From assembly GCA_036172245.1 (NCBI GenBank), contig JAYWIR010000030.1:1612001-1676000 (forward strand): DNA of 64,000 bases, written 5' to 3'. The position numbers and the translations under genes were made by a program. Below the pieces are notes generated by a model. It worked only from the letters and a program-made list of their open reading frames with translations. It had not been told where the DNA came from and searched no databases. Below are positions 60,830-64,000 of this stretch, piece by piece; position 1 is the first letter of the stretch; every line of letters starts with the position of its first letter. Origin of the DNA: Raillietiella orientalis (lineage: Eukaryota).

Positions 60830-63800
60830 GGACGCTTGCAGGAAGTCGGTGAGTCTCGCATCCCGTTTATTAATTCACAAAGCGACTGATGAACTTACAA
60901 AGCACCAACTTTTTTCCACCCTCGATGGAACACATGATGCATTCTCCCATCTCTTGCTCTTTCAGTCGCTTGCACATTTCATTTCGGCGGGTGCTCCCGC
61001 ACCTTCATTAGCTTTACTCTGAATTCAGTTGACACTGAGCGTTTCCGAGCCATTCCTTGTCATCTGCTCAGTGTCCACGTCCTGAGTCAGGATTCTTTGG
61101 CGCTGGAGTTTTTGAAAGGCGATGAGGGCGTCAGGTTGTCATGTGAACTGGCGACCCTGATTGCTGTGCGTTCTGAAAGGAATGAAGCATCAAAAGCCAA
61201 CGTGCATATCGCACGTAGACGCACTTCTTGCCAACGTCGGATTTCCTCTCGCAGCACACACCCCTTTGGTCCCTCGCCTGCCACGACACGCGCACGGATC
61301 AATTTCGCATTGGCATTGCCCGGTGAGAGCCTCTTTGTGATGACTCTCGAAAACTTGGATTGATGGAATATTGCGCTCGATCTTGTTAGTCAGATTCCTC
61401 CTCCTTTTCTTTCCTTTTCTTTTTTATTTTCGCGTCCCCCCTCCCCTCACCGCCAGCTCTAGTTTTTGGCACGGAGCTTCCTAGTCGGGATCGGTAAGGG
61501 GCAATCGATCGTTCGCAGTATCAAATGCACCAAATTTCCATCAAAATGAAACCGCCAGAACTTGTTGAGTTGCATAATTGCGCAAAATGCAAGTCATACC
61601 AGCCTCATCGTGGGATGGGATTGCTCCCGAGGTTTCTGGCGCTGGGGGCGGCATGAACGAGTCCAGTAAAAGAGATTTAGCGACGGAGCCAGAATGATGT
61701 ATATGTGAGCATATTCCGCGCCGACTGCTGCAGATAAGCTGATAAGCAATGAAATATGACTGCGGAGAAACTGAGGCACCGAAAACTCTTAGGAGATACA
61801 CAGAAGCGGATTCGGGAATTCCGATTTCCTGCCTCAACAGTTGAAAATCGGCGGAGCATGGAGTTTAAAATGGCCATCAAAACAAAAAAGTAAGGCTGCC
61901 GAAATAACCTTTAGAGAAGGGACAAACGTTGCAGAATCGATTTCTCAGCCTGCTGTAGGTATTTGCACGGAGATTGAGAACAGCAAGAGTGCTCTTGGCC
62001 ATTTGTATAAGAGCGTACTGATCGATGAAGATCCATTTTCGTCGGAGAAACAAATACCGAGAAGCACATGAGGTTTATTTCGGAAACGAAAACTTTTGTT
62101 TCCTCCAGTGGCTCAGTTGTTCGAAGGACGGATGCTGAAGAGAGATGATCGTTCGAAGTGGTCTGGCCTAAATCTCAGCGCAGTTTCCCTGTTCTTAAAA
62201 CGAGGGGAAGATGAAACTCCACGAGAATAGCGACGTTTGGTTCATCTCTTAAGTTCAAGCTGGGTGTTTTTTTTTTCCTGATGTTTCGTTGCGATCCATG
62301 AAAAGCAAGCCCCGTCCCGAAAACTTCTGCCTCGTCTTCGAAAAAAGCCTGCGTTCCCTAAGACAGGCAGAAAGGTGTTCGCAATGAATCATGTTTATTT
62401 TTCCCTATTAAGCAGTTAAAACTCAGCAGTCTGATTCCTCCAGCTTCCTATCTTTTTCGTTGACATCCATTTTATTTTTCTTTTTGCATGCATCTGCAAA
62501 AAGCAAGAGGCTGCTTTTATCTTCTAGCTGCACTTTTCCATCGAGTCTTCTGGTGATTTCGTGCTCTTGTCTGGCAGTGAACAACAGCAGGTATTTTTGT
62601 GTGCAACAGAAACGGTGCACCATTCCCGTTTAACTGCCGGAGGCTTGGCACGCGTTCGGGGAACATCAAGCTGACTCGTTTTTCCTGCTGGGGTCATCCT
62701 GCAGCGCATGAATCTGAAACTACCAGGTCCGAACTCGGCATGCTCCTGAAATGGGTCTTTTCATTTTGCCGTTGAGATTTGAGAACCTGAGACGGATCAG
62801 GAGGAAACAGGAGTCTTTATAGGATTTCCTGATTTGCCAGAGAACCTGACTCCCTTGGCGAGATGGGAAATCTCCAGTGTGGATCCAATAGGTCCTTGAC
62901 GGATTACTCATCACGCAAGAGAGTAACGACTCGAGAAAGTGGAAGTAACCGCAGAAATAAAATTCCGTTGAGAAGCCTTTTTCAAACTTGATTGATATTG
63001 CTCCCGTTTGAGACATAGCTTCCGCGTCCTCCGAGAGACTAATCACCAACGTCTTCCGAAAATTTGAGCGAGTTGCGGAACCAAGCAGCGGGATATTTCC
63101 ACTTTTTAAATTAATGGGAGATGTACACTGGAAAAACTCAGAGCGGTCTATTGCGATGCATTTGAAAATCCTACGAACATTCATGAGCCGCGGAAGAAAA
63201 TGAGCTCCTCTACTGCGGAACCTCTAGTCATCAGCACTAATGGTATCTCATCTTGCGTATGCAGTCACCAAACAGCAGAATTGTTCATTCATCACGGATG
63301 CTCACTGAGATCCACTTTAGAGACACCACGTCAGGGTATTAAATTGCTTCCCATTGAGGATAAACTTAATCGAACATCTGCAATTTCAGGATCCTCTGCC
63401 GAACGGGCGACCTTTGGGATGAACGAGCCTCCACAAGATCATTCCCCGCCTTCCGCGGGCACTCGGAATTTCGACTGCTCTGTCAGAACTTCTGTGTACG
63501 GAAGTGATCCGTAAATGCCGTAAATGTTTCAAAACTTCGTGTTGAGGCAACGAAAGAGCTCCACATTGAGAGCGAATTCTGTAGACGAAAGACGGCGTGA
63601 AGTTGTGGAGAAACTCACTAATCGGAAGTCGAAAGGGAAGAAAGAGATCTTATGGAAAAAGACACGGCGTGCTTGCACGCTTGGTCGAGCTCTGAGTCAG
63701 GAGCTGCCCTCAGATAATCAGGCTTTCCCGAACCTGCTCGAGATCTTAGAAGCACGGATGCTTCAACGCTGCTGAAAGTTTCTTCCATGGTCCCTTTTTG

Positions 63801-64000
63801 GCTTCCGGCTAGCAATTACGCTTCTGCCGATTTCGGTGCGACGCATAAAGAGATTTTTCCTGTAGCTGGGACGATGCAGAGACAGCTTGACAGTCCCGGA
63901 GTAGGGAGGAAGGGAGCAAGCGAAAGAGACTTCACGAACATAAGAAAGCATCCAGGTCCTCAGAGATCGAGAAAGACATCCGGTGGTCACATGGATTCAC

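Noticed and set aside
58604..63514. Medium ORFs at 58636, 59224 and 62720
   Set aside because: No recognisable homology; lengths are within what is expected by chance.
1..64000. CRISPR arrays, rRNA genes, prokaryotic operons
   Set aside because: No regularly spaced repeat-spacer array, no rRNA signature and no dense ORF packing seen.

Overview
This is eukaryotic, gene-poor, repeat-dense DNA of roughly balanced GC. An interstitial (TTAGG)n tract and a NeSL/Utopia-like remnant hint at an arthropod, but this is inference only. I could not support any intact host gene, rRNA, functional tRNA or CRISPR array. The window is built from decayed mobile DNA. (1) SINE1 is a ~700-750 bp tRNA-headed SINE-like family with about 7 copies, an invariant CTTCCAGGAATCA core, internal CCCTTCGGGG subunits and a hairpin-prone 3' tail. 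(2) SINE2 is a second, shorter tRNA-headed SINE with 2 copies. (3) There are about 8 remnants of Tx1/L1-like non-LTR retrotransposons. One formerly full-length copy sits inside a SINE1 copy between decayed target-site duplications and is itself interrupted by an antisense copy. (4) There is one NeSL/Utopia-like RLE retrotransposon remnant. (5) An unidentified GC-rich decayed ORF family occurs in 3-4 blocks, usually abutting SINE1. The window also shows an apparent excess of perfect 10-14 bp inverted repeats, some of them copy-specific, which suggests template-switch mutagenesis. All alignments were done by eye and boundaries are approximate.
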